Shown here piece after piece: positions 23,788-34,417 of a stretch of DNA of 64,000 nucleotides. Every line of letters starts with the position of its first letter. Position 1 is the first letter of the stretch. The position numbers and the translations under genes were made by a program. A model generated the notes under the pieces. That model did no database searches and was not told the origin of the DNA. It was given only the letters and a program-made list of their open reading frames with translations. The stretch is from Dimorphilus gyrociliatus (taxonomy: Eukaryota > Animalia > Annelida), in the NCBI GenBank assembly GCA_904063045.1, contig CAJFCJ010000002.1:310001-374000 (forward strand), in the 5' to 3' direction.

Positions 23788-24136
23788 TATGTAAAATCAA
23801 ATATAATCATGGCTTTGCGAGGAATCGTGCGTAGTGTTGAATATAAAATGTACGATAAAAGTACAAGTATCATAATAGTACCTGTTGACTTTTAGAAAGA
23901 AAAAAAAAAGAAAAAAAAACATGCTGACAGATAGACGCCCACACTGTAACGGTCATTTTACTATCGAGACATTTTGCTATTCAAGTTTATTTCCATTCTT
24001 TTATTGAATTTATTGAATTCTTTTTTACAATTGGAATAAAGATTCTATTAAACATACATAATTAAACTGATATATGAATTTTTCGAATATTAGCTCTGTA
24101 TTAAAAATACTTATATTCTTATCCAAATAGTATCTT

Positions 24137-24141
<5 letters not shown>

Positions 24142-24173
<32 letters not shown>
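24142..24173. repeat. (CT)n microsatellite upstream of the giant LRR gene
   Basis: About 16 CT units. Confidence 0.9.
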
Positions 24174-24177
<4 letters not shown>

Positions 24178-24363
24178 ACTGTATAATACATTTTCATAAT
24201 ATTGGTACGGTATTTTAAAAAGTCTACAAAATTCTTTTCAATATAGGCTGTCTATAGTTGAAATACAGGTAATAATCGTTCTCTTTGGCCAGAAGAGAAA
24301 GGGCCTTTCTTTTGATAGAAACTTTAAAAATCATAGAAGAGTAGAATTCGTGTCATTTCAATA

Positions 24364-27300
24364 ATGAAAATGAACTGGAAGTTAAGGTTTTTAGTACTTT
24401 CTCTATTCGTCTCTTCTCTTACTTCTTGTCCTGTTAATTTCAATTGGAATTGCGAGTGTCGTGAAGATTTCTTTTATGGTACAAAAATCTATTGCAAAGA
24501 TATTGGGAAACAGTATAACGTATCTCCCTTTCAATCCTCGTCAAGCTCTTATCAACAACTGACTATACAAGGAAATTCTATTGTTGAAACGATCCAAAAA
24601 GATGCTTTTGCTAATGTAATCGTAAAATCATTAATACTGGATAAAATAAGAATACGCACAATAGAAGCAGGAGCTTTTAATAAGTTAGAAGCAGAGTTAA
24701 CTTGGTTGAATTTGAATGATAATAACATTGAGGATATAAGGAATGGTACATTTAACAAACTATCTTTTGTAGAGGTTTTAAGCATTAATAGTAATTTCTT
24801 ATCGGAAATTAAAAAGGATACATTTCGAGGAATGTTTAAATTATACGATTTAAACTTATATGGAAACCAAATACAGGAAATTAACGTCGAATCTTTTAGG
24901 ACACTTTCAAACTTAGAAACATTAGTTTTAAAAGCTAATAATTTGCGACATCTGCCGGATAAATTGTTTTCTCAAACAGCAAAGTTAAGAACACTCTATT
25001 TAGAGGAAAACTATTTAACTAAATTACCATCAGATTTATTCAAAAATTTAACAAAATTATCAAGATTACATTTATCTTCAAATTATCTTACGGCAATTGA
25101 TGATGAAATTTTCAATGATCTAAGCGATTTAGTTTATTTGAATCTAGCGAAGAATGATATAAATAAAATTCATAGTGAAGCATTTTCATCAACAAGGAAA
25201 TTAAGAGTTTTGAACTTAAGTAACAATCTAATTAAATTTCTGCCGAAAGGTCTATTTACGTCTTTATCTTCATTAAGAACCCTAAACCTTCATTATAATA
25301 AATTAAGGATATTGGAATCAAATACCTTTAATGGATTAAAGTTCCTATCAACATTATATTTATATTCAAATAGGCTTGTTAATATAACAAAAAACTCATT
25401 CTCTTCTTTGGATAATCTTCGAAATTTAAATCTGAATGATAATGAAATTAAAGAATTAAGCGTTGATCTATTCACCTTATGCCCCAAGCTATCTACATTA
25501 GAATTATCTAACAATTTTATAAACGATTTACCAAGTCAAATATTTAACAATTCAAAGGATTTATCAAAGGTTAAGCTCAGTGGGAATTTTTTAAGAAAAA
25601 TCAAATCCAGGACATTTTCAAATTTACCTTATTTAAATGATATTTACTTAGAAGACAATCGATTAGAGTTTCTCGATGTTCACAGCTTTGAAAACCTAGG
25701 AACTATTTACCTATTAGATCTGACGAACAATCTCTTAGAGGACATTCCTCGAAAAGCCTTTAACAAAATTAAGCGAATAGGTCAAGTTATTTTAAATAAA
25801 AATCGCTTTTTAATGGTTCCGGATGAGTTTGTAAAATCTTTTCAAGTATCCCAGTTATACATGGATGAGAATAGATTAAGAAAAATTGAAAGAAACACAT
25901 TTAAAAATGTAAACTTAATACATCTATCTCTAAAGCGTAATGAAATATCTCAACTGGAAGATGGTTGTTTCTCTTCGACAAACAAATTAAAGTATTTGTA
26001 TTTAAACTATAATAAAATAAAGACCTTTACAAATAAGATATTCGGAGAGAACTATAGGAATTTACGATTTTTTGATATCTCCTCCAATTTGCTTGAGAGA
26101 CTAGTTGATTCTATTATTTTGGACAATCTGTTTCTGTTAAATTTATCAAATAACAAGATTACTTTTATTGATAGGAATTATTTTAGAAATACCAGAAACA
26201 TTTATGAATTGAACCTGAGTCGGAACCGTCTAGAGAATCTTGACAGTAATCTATTGGCTAGTACATCAATTACGGTTCTGGATTTGAGCTTCAACGCCCT
26301 ACACAGTTCTAGTATATCAAATTTTAAAACGAATTCATTTGACGTCATACTAACTGGAAATGACTTAAAAAAATTTCCAACTTTGATATCAATGTTCAAG
26401 CTGAAAAGGTTACATTTGGAGAATACAATGTTAAATGTATTTAATGCAACTCTATTACCGGCGAGCGTTAACGATGTTTTCATAAATGACAACGAAATAA
26501 TTCAAGTTGATAATTGGGAAAAGATCTCATCTAGGATACAAAATTTCGCATTTGGAAAAAACGAAAAGGAGAGTAATTTTAATCATTTCGATATATGTCA
26601 AAATCAGAATAATCAATTAAATAGTTTAATAATTATCAATACGAAAAATGTGGATATATCTAAAATAACAAAATGCCAATCGTTAAAATACTTAAGTTTA
26701 TCTAATACTCTTGGAATAAGTGAAGAACAGCTTTACTTTCCTACCGACCTCATTAAATTAAGTTTAACTAGCAATAACTTAACGGATACTTTCTCTATTA
26801 ATAATTTAACAGAGCTTGAGGAATTAAATTTAGCCGATAACTTGATCGAAAATGTGGAAAAGCTACTAATTAAACTTTATAAAGTAAGAAAATTGAATCT
26901 AAGCCAGAATAATATTAAAAAAATTGGAAAAAATCTATTTAATGGACTTGGAATGTATCTGGAAGAGTTAACTCTTGATTCTAATAAAATAGTCAAAATA
27001 GAAGAGAGATCTTTTGAAAGACTACATAATTTAAGACTGTTATCGTTAAATAATAACAAACTATTGGATCTTAACTTTTTCCATAATCGAATTAATCTAC
27101 AACAAATCTTTCTGGAAAACAATAATATTGAAGTTTTCAATGCAAACATTCAAACTTTTAAGAAATTACAAAAATTATCCTTAAGAGGTAATCATATTAA
27201 GAATGTTGACGAAATAAAGGTTAATGGTATTGTGAGTGTCTTTTCAATAGACCTGTCGAAAAATAGACTTAAGCAACTTCCTAAAATAGACTCTCACAGA

Positions 27301-30300
27301 GCTGGCGAAATAGAGATAATTAATTTTAATGGAAATCTTATAAGTAATATTTCTAAAATAAGCAGTGATGCTCGTGTTAGAAATATTGACCTGTCTGACA
27401 ATCAGCTAACAGATCTACCTACATTTCAAACTAAAATTGATACAATAAATGTCAAAGGTAATCATATTGGTCTAATTAATTGCGGAAGTCTAGACTATAT
27501 TAAAAATGTCAATCTTGAGGAAAATTGTATTGAAACAATTAAAGATAATGGTAATAGTTCAATTTTCTTGGGAATATCTTTGAATTTACGTAATAATCTT
27601 TTATCGTTGGTACCAAGTTGTCTAGATAAGTACGATTCAATAGATATTCGAGGAAACCCTTTGGAATGTAATTGTCACTTATTGAACTATGAGAATTCGA
27701 CTTGCATTTATGAGGGAAAGTTTATACCAACAAATTGCCATACTTCAGTTTACTGCTCTCAACCGAAATTAATAGATAACTGTACAATTGAAAATACAGC
27801 AAAACTAAACGCAGAACGGTGTAAATTACAATCAGAAAGGACAACTCAGATGGAATATTTAAGTACTACTGGTTCTGCCTCCACTGCTTCAAAATCCACT
27901 GCTAAAATTGAAACATCAACCCAACAGAGAATAACAACAGAACCTACAATTATGGAAAGTAGTCATTCCACCATTAAAACTGTAACAACAGCTACTCCGA
28001 CAACAATGAAAGATTACAAAAGCACAACTCCTAATTTACTAAAATGGGAAAGTACTAAAGAAACGGAAGCTATTGAGAAACTTACCGATACTATAAAGTA
28101 TAAAACAACTGAAGGATTAACAAGCACACAAGATATAAAAACTTTATCAATCACCAAAGGAAAAATAACAACGGAAGGAAAACGTATATTGTCCTCAAGC
28201 CCAAGTTCCAGTACTCCTGAATTGACTAGTACCAAAGGAAAAATTGATGGAACTACTTCAGATGAATTTTCTGATAAAACTTTTACAGCAGAATCTTCAA
28301 GTTCCAATTATCCAACTTCTATGTCAGCAAAGTTCACCACCAACGAGGACAATTTAAAGACTTCTACCTTGGCCTTGACGTCACAAGAATCGACTTCAAT
28401 AGGCTCTACTGAAACATTATCACGGTGTCCGATCACGATTAATTCTTGTAAGTGCCAAGAGACACAATTAGAGCGCAATATAATATGCAAAGATATAGGT
28501 TTATATGAAAAAGTACCGACATTTTTGCCATCTAGCATCATTTACGATGAAATACGCTTTTTGGGCAATTCCAGCATTCGTACAATTCAAAGAGGTGCTT
28601 TTAGAAATATTAAGGTGAAATCTATATATCTACAACAAAATGAATGCGAAAACATTGAAGAAAAAGCGTTCGAGGGAGTCGGGAAATACTTATTAAACTT
28701 AACAATAACTATGAATGCCATTAAGAATATTAGAGCGGATGCCTTGAAGGATTTGAAAAAGCTGTATTATTTGGATCTCAGTAACAACTCCATTGATCAT
28801 ATTGAGAAGGAAGCTTTTAATCATGCTTTGAGCGTACGTAAAATAGATTTAAGTCATAACTCTATTAATTCAATAGAAGAGACACTGTTCAACAACTCAA
28901 CATTCTTGAATTCTATCGATTTATCTTACAATAATATTCAAAATGTTACCATGAGATTCAAAAAATTAATTCTTCTTACAACACTGAAATTATCCAACAA
29001 TCTACTTACCGACTTAAGAGACGAAATGATACCAACTTCCGTTAAGGATGTTGATCTGAGTGGAAATAAAATTACATCTATTAATTCAGCGGGTTTCTCT
29101 TCCTCCTTTTTTTTAAAGAAGTTGAACTTGAGCAGCAATGGACTGAAAATGATCTTACCGGGAGCATTTGACTATTTATCCTACTTAACATTACTGGATC
29201 TGTCAAACAATCGAATCGAAAACATTCCCTTGTCCGTCTTTAGTAGTTCTGGATTAGGCAAACTACAAACATTAATACTAAGGAACAATTCACTCGCGAA
29301 TTTAAAGAGCAATATGTTCAATGGCCTGAAGCGTTTGGAAAATTTGGCTCTAAGCTATAATGGAATTAAAAGGATAACAAGTCAAGCTTTCAATGGATTA
29401 GACAATTTGTTAACAATAGATTTGTCTCATAATTTATTAGAAATTGTAAGCAGCACATCTCTTAGATCAGTTAGTATATTGAAAGTTTTGGATTTATCTC
29501 ACAACCGACTTACAGATATTAATGGCATATCAAGAAATACTTATCTTGAAAGGATATTTCTAAGTTACAATAACATAACAAAATTGAATAGCCTGGCTTT
29601 TGATAGTATGATGTATTTAAAAGAAATAACTTTAGACCATAATCAATTACAAACTATCGTTGAAAAGACATTCTATTTACTTTTATTCTTGGAAAGAATT
29701 GATTTAAGCTCAAATCGAATAAGCACAATAGAGTATAGAGCTATCGATTTTTGCGATAAATTGATGTACGCTAATTTTTCTCACAATAAAATAAGCAGTT
29801 TAATCGATGAAAATGATAAATTTGTATTGGAATCATTGCAACGATCTTTGACCACTTTGGATTTATCTAACAACAAATTAGGAACAATTCCGGATTTTCG
29901 AAGGGATTTTACTAAGCTAACAGATCTGAAATTATTGAATAATCAGTGGATTTGCGACTGTAAACTAGGATGGATTAGATCAATTGTTGACAGAATAAAT
30001 CTCGACATGCCTCATTGCGAATTTCCTACTAAAAAGAGAAATTTTCTTTTAATTTGTTATGAAGCGATAGATGAAGAAAGCTGCTTAATAAAAACAAATC
30101 CAAGTACAATCTGTCTAGAAACAACTGTTAAAGCATATACCGAATTCGAAACCACAAGGATGACCACCCCTAAGATGGAAACTACAAAACTTGAAACTAC
30201 CATAACGGAAACAGCCAAAAAAGAAACTACCGAATTAGAAACCACAAGGATGACCACCCCTAAGATGGAAACTACAAAAATTGAAACTACCATAACGGAA

Positions 30301-33300
30301 GCAGCCAAAATAGAAACTACCAGTCTAGAAACCACCAGAGAGGAAACTACAAAAATGAAGACTGGCAATACGGTAATGACTACATTGGAAATCACCAATA
30401 GAGGCACTACCAAAATGAAAACAGGAAAAATGAAAACCACAGAAATACCATTAGCTACAACAGACTCTGTTTACACAGAATTTTTTACGAGTAAAGCATC
30501 TAAATTACATATCTCCTCGAATTCAATAGATCAAATTACAACTAACTTGACAACGTCTTCATTAGAACAGTCTCCTAAAAATACTTTAAATAATGATTCT
30601 TATACATTTTCAACTGAGTCAAGTTATGCAACAACACATGTTAAAGACAATAATAATTCATCAGAGAGTAAAGATACAATTATACCAACTAAATCAGCAA
30701 GTAGTTTTGTATCTTTTCCGCAAACTAGTCATGATACTAATATATCTTCAAAAAGTCCAAGGGAAATTACTTTCAAGCAAGGAGAGTCTGAAACATTCAA
30801 TTATAACGTTGAAATGTCTTCCTCATCTCCGGTAACAAAACCAACGAAATTCAAAGAGACATTAATGACTGAAAAACATACCACAGACAAAACAACCTAC
30901 CTACAAACTAATTCTATAGATCATCAGAGTTCTTCTTCCAGTTTAAAAACTGTAAAACAACAAGTTCAAACGACAGAGGAATTGACAACAACAAAAGCAA
31001 GCACTCAAACATCAGAGCCTCCGATCTGTAGAAAACGATTTGTTTGTCCACCTCAACATTTAAAGTGTTCATGTCCGTATGGATACCGATATAGAAAAAT
31101 TTTATGCGAATCACTGGGAGATATAACCATTCTGCCATATTTTTGCCAATCCGATACGTTCTATACAGAATTAAATATCTTTGGAGATACTTGTGTTAAG
31201 AAACTGGGCCAGGAATCGTTTAACAGTCTAATTCTAGAGCAGATACGGTTAGAAAATATTTGCATTGAGGAAATCGAAGATTTCGCATTCAAAGGATCTC
31301 ATTCCTTCCTCCAAGAGCTTCGTCTTAGGAATAATAAAATAAGATCGTGTACGAAAAATACTTTCGGTAAATTACACAATTTAAATTATTTAGATTTAAA
31401 TAATAACAGAATGGATAAATTGGATTCTGATTGTTTCAAGTATCTAGGAAATTTGGAAAAACTAAAATTAGGGTATAATTTTCTTCAAGATTTGCCCACT
31501 AATATATTTAAATGGAACAAGAACCTAAAAGAGATAGATCTATCCCATAACTTACTAACTACTATATCGGAGGGAACGTTTAATGGATCTTGTAGCCTCT
31601 CAACTTTAGATTTAAGCATGAATAATTTGGAAACTCTAAGTAGGATTTCTTTTACTGTTTTGGCCGATACTCTGGAAAGTCTTCAATTAGGTCGTAACAA
31701 TCTGAAAAGTCTACCAAAGGAGATATTCAATGGTCTTACAAAATTAAACTATCTAGATTTATCTGATAATTTTTTAAGTGAAATCGACGATTCTCATTTT
31801 AGTCAGATTATTAATTTAAATACTCTTAACATTCAATATAATCTACTGGAGGAGATCAGACCAGCTCAATTCGAATCTACCAACCAATTACAAATTCTCA
31901 ATTTGGAAAGAAATAAAATTTCAACCATTATTCCTAGGACCTTTATCAAATTAAACAAGTTAAGAACTTTAAACCTAAAAGGAAATATGATTGAACATTT
32001 GAGAACGGAAAGTTTTATAGGTCTAAAACGATTAAACACTTTAGACCTCTCTTTTAACAGACTTCGTTCGCTTCCATTAGACTTTTTTAGTGAACTTCAT
32101 AATTTGGAGTTATTAACGTTATCCAATAACAAATTAAAAGAGATATCTAACCTAACTATACCAGGAAACCTAAGTCAAATATGGCTTGAAGGAAATCTAT
32201 TTGATGATGTTCCAAGTCTATTTAAAGATCATAAAATACTGACACAAATTCATTTGGCAAAAAATAATATTAAAACAATACCATATAACGGATTTTCACG
32301 ACTGCCTTCACTCTATTCCTTAAATTTGGCGAACAATAAAATCGAGCAGATTGATTCATTATCTTTCAACTCTTTGAACTCATTAAGGATTCTTAATCTA
32401 TCAGATAATAATTTAGGTGAAGTACCCACCAAAGCAATAGAGAATCTGACATCTCTAACATCTCTCTTCCTCGAAAGAAATAATATTACATTTTTAAAAA
32501 ATGAAAGTTTTAAGACTTTAAAGAATTTAAAAGTACTACAACTAGGTGATAATCGCTTAGAGCTCATTCGAAAATCTTATTTTGTTGGATTAGACCAGCT
32601 AACTGTTTTAGATGTAAGTGATAATTTAATTGCAAGATTGGATGAGAAGATCTTTCATAATTTAAAAAATGTCATGTTCTTTAACGCCAGCGGAAACAAT
32701 TTGAAAAATATTACATTTAATGGGCAAGTGAAATTCTACAACATTTATACTATGGATCTATCTCGAAACAAGCTTCGAACAATTCCTTACAAATGTTTCA
32801 TTTCCTTAGTTTCTTTAAAGAAATTGTATCTGGATTTTAATGAATTGGAAAAATTGGACAAAGACGCTTTCCTAGGCTTAACTTACCTGGATAGTTTATC
32901 ATTGTCGTCAAATTATTTAAATCACGAGATGTTGAGTTCATTTCATCCCTTACGCAGCTTATCTAATCTTAATTTAAATAGAAATTCGTTAAAAGTATTA
33001 AATGACAATTCCCTACCTTTATCGTTAATCAGTCTACAAACTTTAACGATGAGATCGGCTGATTTACAATTGTTAAGCAACGAATCAATATCAAAATTAA
33101 AACTCCTACGTACGTTAGACTTAGGACAAAACAACTTAACAGATGATTCGATAAAAGCAATATCTTCTCTTGCATCACTTCGTAATCTACACCTGGACAA
33201 TAATCTATTCAGAAAAATCGAATTTAATATTGGGTTTCAACGACTTATGGTGTTAAATTTGTCGAATAATCATCTAGAATCAGATAAATTGGAAGCTATC

Positions 33301-34047
33301 TCTAAAATGAGACAGCTACAGTCTCTAACTTTAAGCTATAATGATCTAACGTACATTCCTCTAAATTCATTCGTACAGCTAATTACTCTACGCTACTTAT
33401 ATCTTCAGGGAAATGATCTATCATCAAACTTAGACGAGTCCTTAAAAAATCTTAAGGAATTGAAAAACCTTGAAGAGTTAAATATTGGCCATTGCTCTCT
33501 GGAACGATTTAATATATTCAATAGTTTTGCACGGTTGAAAAAAATCATACTGGAGAACAATCCAATTGGCGTCATTGAAGATTCCAGTATAAATAATAGT
33601 CATTTAGAGTACATTAATATGAGAAATATTAATTTGAGAAAAACTCCAAAAGCAATGGCGGATTTGGAGAAGTTAAGATTCTTAGATATTTCTTCTAATT
33701 TGCTAAACAGTACTATATATCTACCGAATAAATTATACGAACTAAAATATTTAAACATCAGTTCGAATCAAGCAGAGTTTGTGAAGTCCAAAAATTTTAA
33801 ATTGTCATCTTTTAATGTATTCGATGGTTCATTTAACAAATTTACATTCGAGAATGAAGTTATCCAGCTATTCTGTCCAAATACTTTAAAATGTGATGCT
33901 AACTTCAGAAATAACCGGATAAATACCACAAAAAATATACAAATACGAGGTAGATTCTCTCATCTGCAATTTCAGAATAATATGATAAAGAATATTTCAC
34001 GAATGTTATTGGCTAAAGTTACCTCTATTGACAATGTAGTTCTTTAA
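24364..34047 (+). CDS. Giant intronless leucine-rich repeat protein, 3227 aa: signal peptide, three LRRNT-capped LRR modules, two Ser/Thr-rich linkers
   Basis: 9.7-kb uninterrupted ORF with many LxxLxLxxNxL repeats. Caps are CPVNFNWNCEC, CPITINSCKC and CPPQHLKCSC; LRRCT motifs are GNPLECNC and NNQWICDC. Confidence 0.92.
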   Translation: MKMNWKLRFLVLSLFVSSLTSCPVNFNWNCECREDFFYGTKIYCKDIGKQYNVSPFQSSSSSYQQLTIQGNSIVETIQKDAFANVIVKSLILDKIRIRTIEAGAFNKLEAELTWLNLNDNNIEDIRNGTFNKLSFVEVLSINSNFLSEIKKDTFRGMFKLYDLNLYGNQIQEINVESFRTLSNLETLVLKANNLRHLPDKLFSQTAKLRTLYLEENYLTKLPSDLFKNLTKLSRLHLSSNYLTAIDDEIFNDLSDLVYLNLAKNDINKIHSEAFSSTRKLRVLNLSNNLIKFLPKGLFTSLSSLRTLNLHYNKLRILESNTFNGLKFLSTLYLYSNRLVNITKNSFSSLDNLRNLNLNDNEIKELSVDLFTLCPKLSTLELSNNFINDLPSQIFNNSKDLSKVKLSGNFLRKIKSRTFSNLPYLNDIYLEDNRLEFLDVHSFENLGTIYLLDLTNNLLEDIPRKAFNKIKRIGQVILNKNRFLMVPDEFVKSFQVSQLYMDENRLRKIERNTFKNVNLIHLSLKRNEISQLEDGCFSSTNKLKYLYLNYNKIKTFTNKIFGENYRNLRFFDISSNLLERLVDSIILDNLFLLNLSNNKITFIDRNYFRNTRNIYELNLSRNRLENLDSNLLASTSITVLDLSFNALHSSSISNFKTNSFDVILTGNDLKKFPTLISMFKLKRLHLENTMLNVFNATLLPASVNDVFINDNEIIQVDNWEKISSRIQNFAFGKNEKESNFNHFDICQNQNNQLNSLIIINTKNVDISKITKCQSLKYLSLSNTLGISEEQLYFPTDLIKLSLTSNNLTDTFSINNLTELEELNLADNLIENVEKLLIKLYKVRKLNLSQNNIKKIGKNLFNGLGMYLEELTLDSNKIVKIEERSFERLHNLRLLSLNNNKLLDLNFFHNRINLQQIFLENNNIEVFNANIQTFKKLQKLSLRGNHIKNVDEIKVNGIVSVFSIDLSKNRLKQLPKIDSHRAGEIEIINFNGNLISNISKISSDARVRNIDLSDNQLTDLPTFQTKIDTINVKGNHIGLINCGSLDYIKNVNLEENCIETIKDNGNSSIFLGISLNLRNNLLSLVPSCLDKYDSIDIRGNPLECNCHLLNYENSTCIYEGKFIPTNCHTSVYCSQPKLIDNCTIENTAKLNAERCKLQSERTTQMEYLSTTGSASTASKSTAKIETSTQQRITTEPTIMESSHSTIKTVTTATPTTMKDYKSTTPNLLKWESTKETEAIEKLTDTIKYKTTEGLTSTQDIKTLSITKGKITTEGKRILSSSPSSSTPELTSTKGKIDGTTSDEFSDKTFTAESSSSNYPTSMSAKFTTNEDNLKTSTLALTSQESTSIGSTETLSRCPITINSCKCQETQLERNIICKDIGLYEKVPTFLPSSIIYDEIRFLGNSSIRTIQRGAFRNIKVKSIYLQQNECENIEEKAFEGVGKYLLNLTITMNAIKNIRADALKDLKKLYYLDLSNNSIDHIEKEAFNHALSVRKIDLSHNSINSIEETLFNNSTFLNSIDLSYNNIQNVTMRFKKLILLTTLKLSNNLLTDLRDEMIPTSVKDVDLSGNKITSINSAGFSSSFFLKKLNLSSNGLKMILPGAFDYLSYLTLLDLSNNRIENIPLSVFSSSGLGKLQTLILRNNSLANLKSNMFNGLKRLENLALSYNGIKRITSQAFNGLDNLLTIDLSHNLLEIVSSTSLRSVSILKVLDLSHNRLTDINGISRNTYLERIFLSYNNITKLNSLAFDSMMYLKEITLDHNQLQTIVEKTFYLLLFLERIDLSSNRISTIEYRAIDFCDKLMYANFSHNKISSLIDENDKFVLESLQRSLTTLDLSNNKLGTIPDFRRDFTKLTDLKLLNNQWICDCKLGWIRSIVDRINLDMPHCEFPTKKRNFLLICYEAIDEESCLIKTNPSTICLETTVKAYTEFETTRMTTPKMETTKLETTITETAKKETTELETTRMTTPKMETTKIETTITEAAKIETTSLETTREETTKMKTGNTVMTTLEITNRGTTKMKTGKMKTTEIPLATTDSVYTEFFTSKASKLHISSNSIDQITTNLTTSSLEQSPKNTLNNDSYTFSTESSYATTHVKDNNNSSESKDTIIPTKSASSFVSFPQTSHDTNISSKSPREITFKQGESETFNYNVEMSSSSPVTKPTKFKETLMTEKHTTDKTTYLQTNSIDHQSSSSSLKTVKQQVQTTEELTTTKASTQTSEPPICRKRFVCPPQHLKCSCPYGYRYRKILCESLGDITILPYFCQSDTFYTELNIFGDTCVKKLGQESFNSLILEQIRLENICIEEIEDFAFKGSHSFLQELRLRNNKIRSCTKNTFGKLHNLNYLDLNNNRMDKLDSDCFKYLGNLEKLKLGYNFLQDLPTNIFKWNKNLKEIDLSHNLLTTISEGTFNGSCSLSTLDLSMNNLETLSRISFTVLADTLESLQLGRNNLKSLPKEIFNGLTKLNYLDLSDNFLSEIDDSHFSQIINLNTLNIQYNLLEEIRPAQFESTNQLQILNLERNKISTIIPRTFIKLNKLRTLNLKGNMIEHLRTESFIGLKRLNTLDLSFNRLRSLPLDFFSELHNLELLTLSNNKLKEISNLTIPGNLSQIWLEGNLFDDVPSLFKDHKILTQIHLAKNNIKTIPYNGFSRLPSLYSLNLANNKIEQIDSLSFNSLNSLRILNLSDNNLGEVPTKAIENLTSLTSLFLERNNITFLKNESFKTLKNLKVLQLGDNRLELIRKSYFVGLDQLTVLDVSDNLIARLDEKIFHNLKNVMFFNASGNNLKNITFNGQVKFYNIYTMDLSRNKLRTIPYKCFISLVSLKKLYLDFNELEKLDKDAFLGLTYLDSLSLSSNYLNHEMLSSFHPLRSLSNLNLNRNSLKVLNDNSLPLSLISLQTLTMRSADLQLLSNESISKLKLLRTLDLGQNNLTDDSIKAISSLASLRNLHLDNNLFRKIEFNIGFQRLMVLNLSNNHLESDKLEAISKMRQLQSLTLSYNDLTYIPLNSFVQLITLRYLYLQGNDLSSNLDESLKNLKELKNLEELNIGHCSLERFNIFNSFARLKKIILENNPIGVIEDSSINNSHLEYINMRNINLRKTPKAMADLEKLRFLDISSNLLNSTIYLPNKLYELKYLNISSNQAEFVKSKNFKLSSFNVFDGSFNKFTFENEVIQLFCPNTLKCDANFRNNRINTTKNIQIRGRFSHLQFQNNMIKNISRMLLAKVTSIDNVVL
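30148..30327 (+). repeat. Coding tandem duplication, 2 x 90 bp (ETTRMTTPKMETTK...), in the second LRR linker
   Basis: Copies start at 30148 and 30238. Confidence 0.85.
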
Positions 34048-34417
34048 GTACTTTCTGTTGTATTACCTGCCTTATTCTATTTTATCTCCTCTTTTAATGA
34101 ATATAAATAAAAAAAAATTGTCATTCTACTCTTTGTATTGAATAGAAAGATAGTCTAAAATCTCTTCTTCATCAAGTGTCTTTGAAATTTCGTCTTGTGA
34201 TGATAAAAAATAACTGTTATAATATTTCATTATAAACAGTCTCCTCTCCAATTTTCAATTTCACATAACTTAATTGAAAAGATGTACAAAAAATATGCAT
34301 TAAGACCAGTTGAGCTTTTTGGTATACGATGACGTTTCAATGCTCTTTGTGGCGACATTATGTTTCCGTTAGGAGACTCTACCTTGGCAGTCTAAGGTCT
34401 GGACAGATACGGAATCC

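Noticed and set aside
24552-33200. Many 66-127 aa minus-strand ORFs inside the LRR gene
   Set aside because: Antisense shadows of a long coding frame; no independent motifs.
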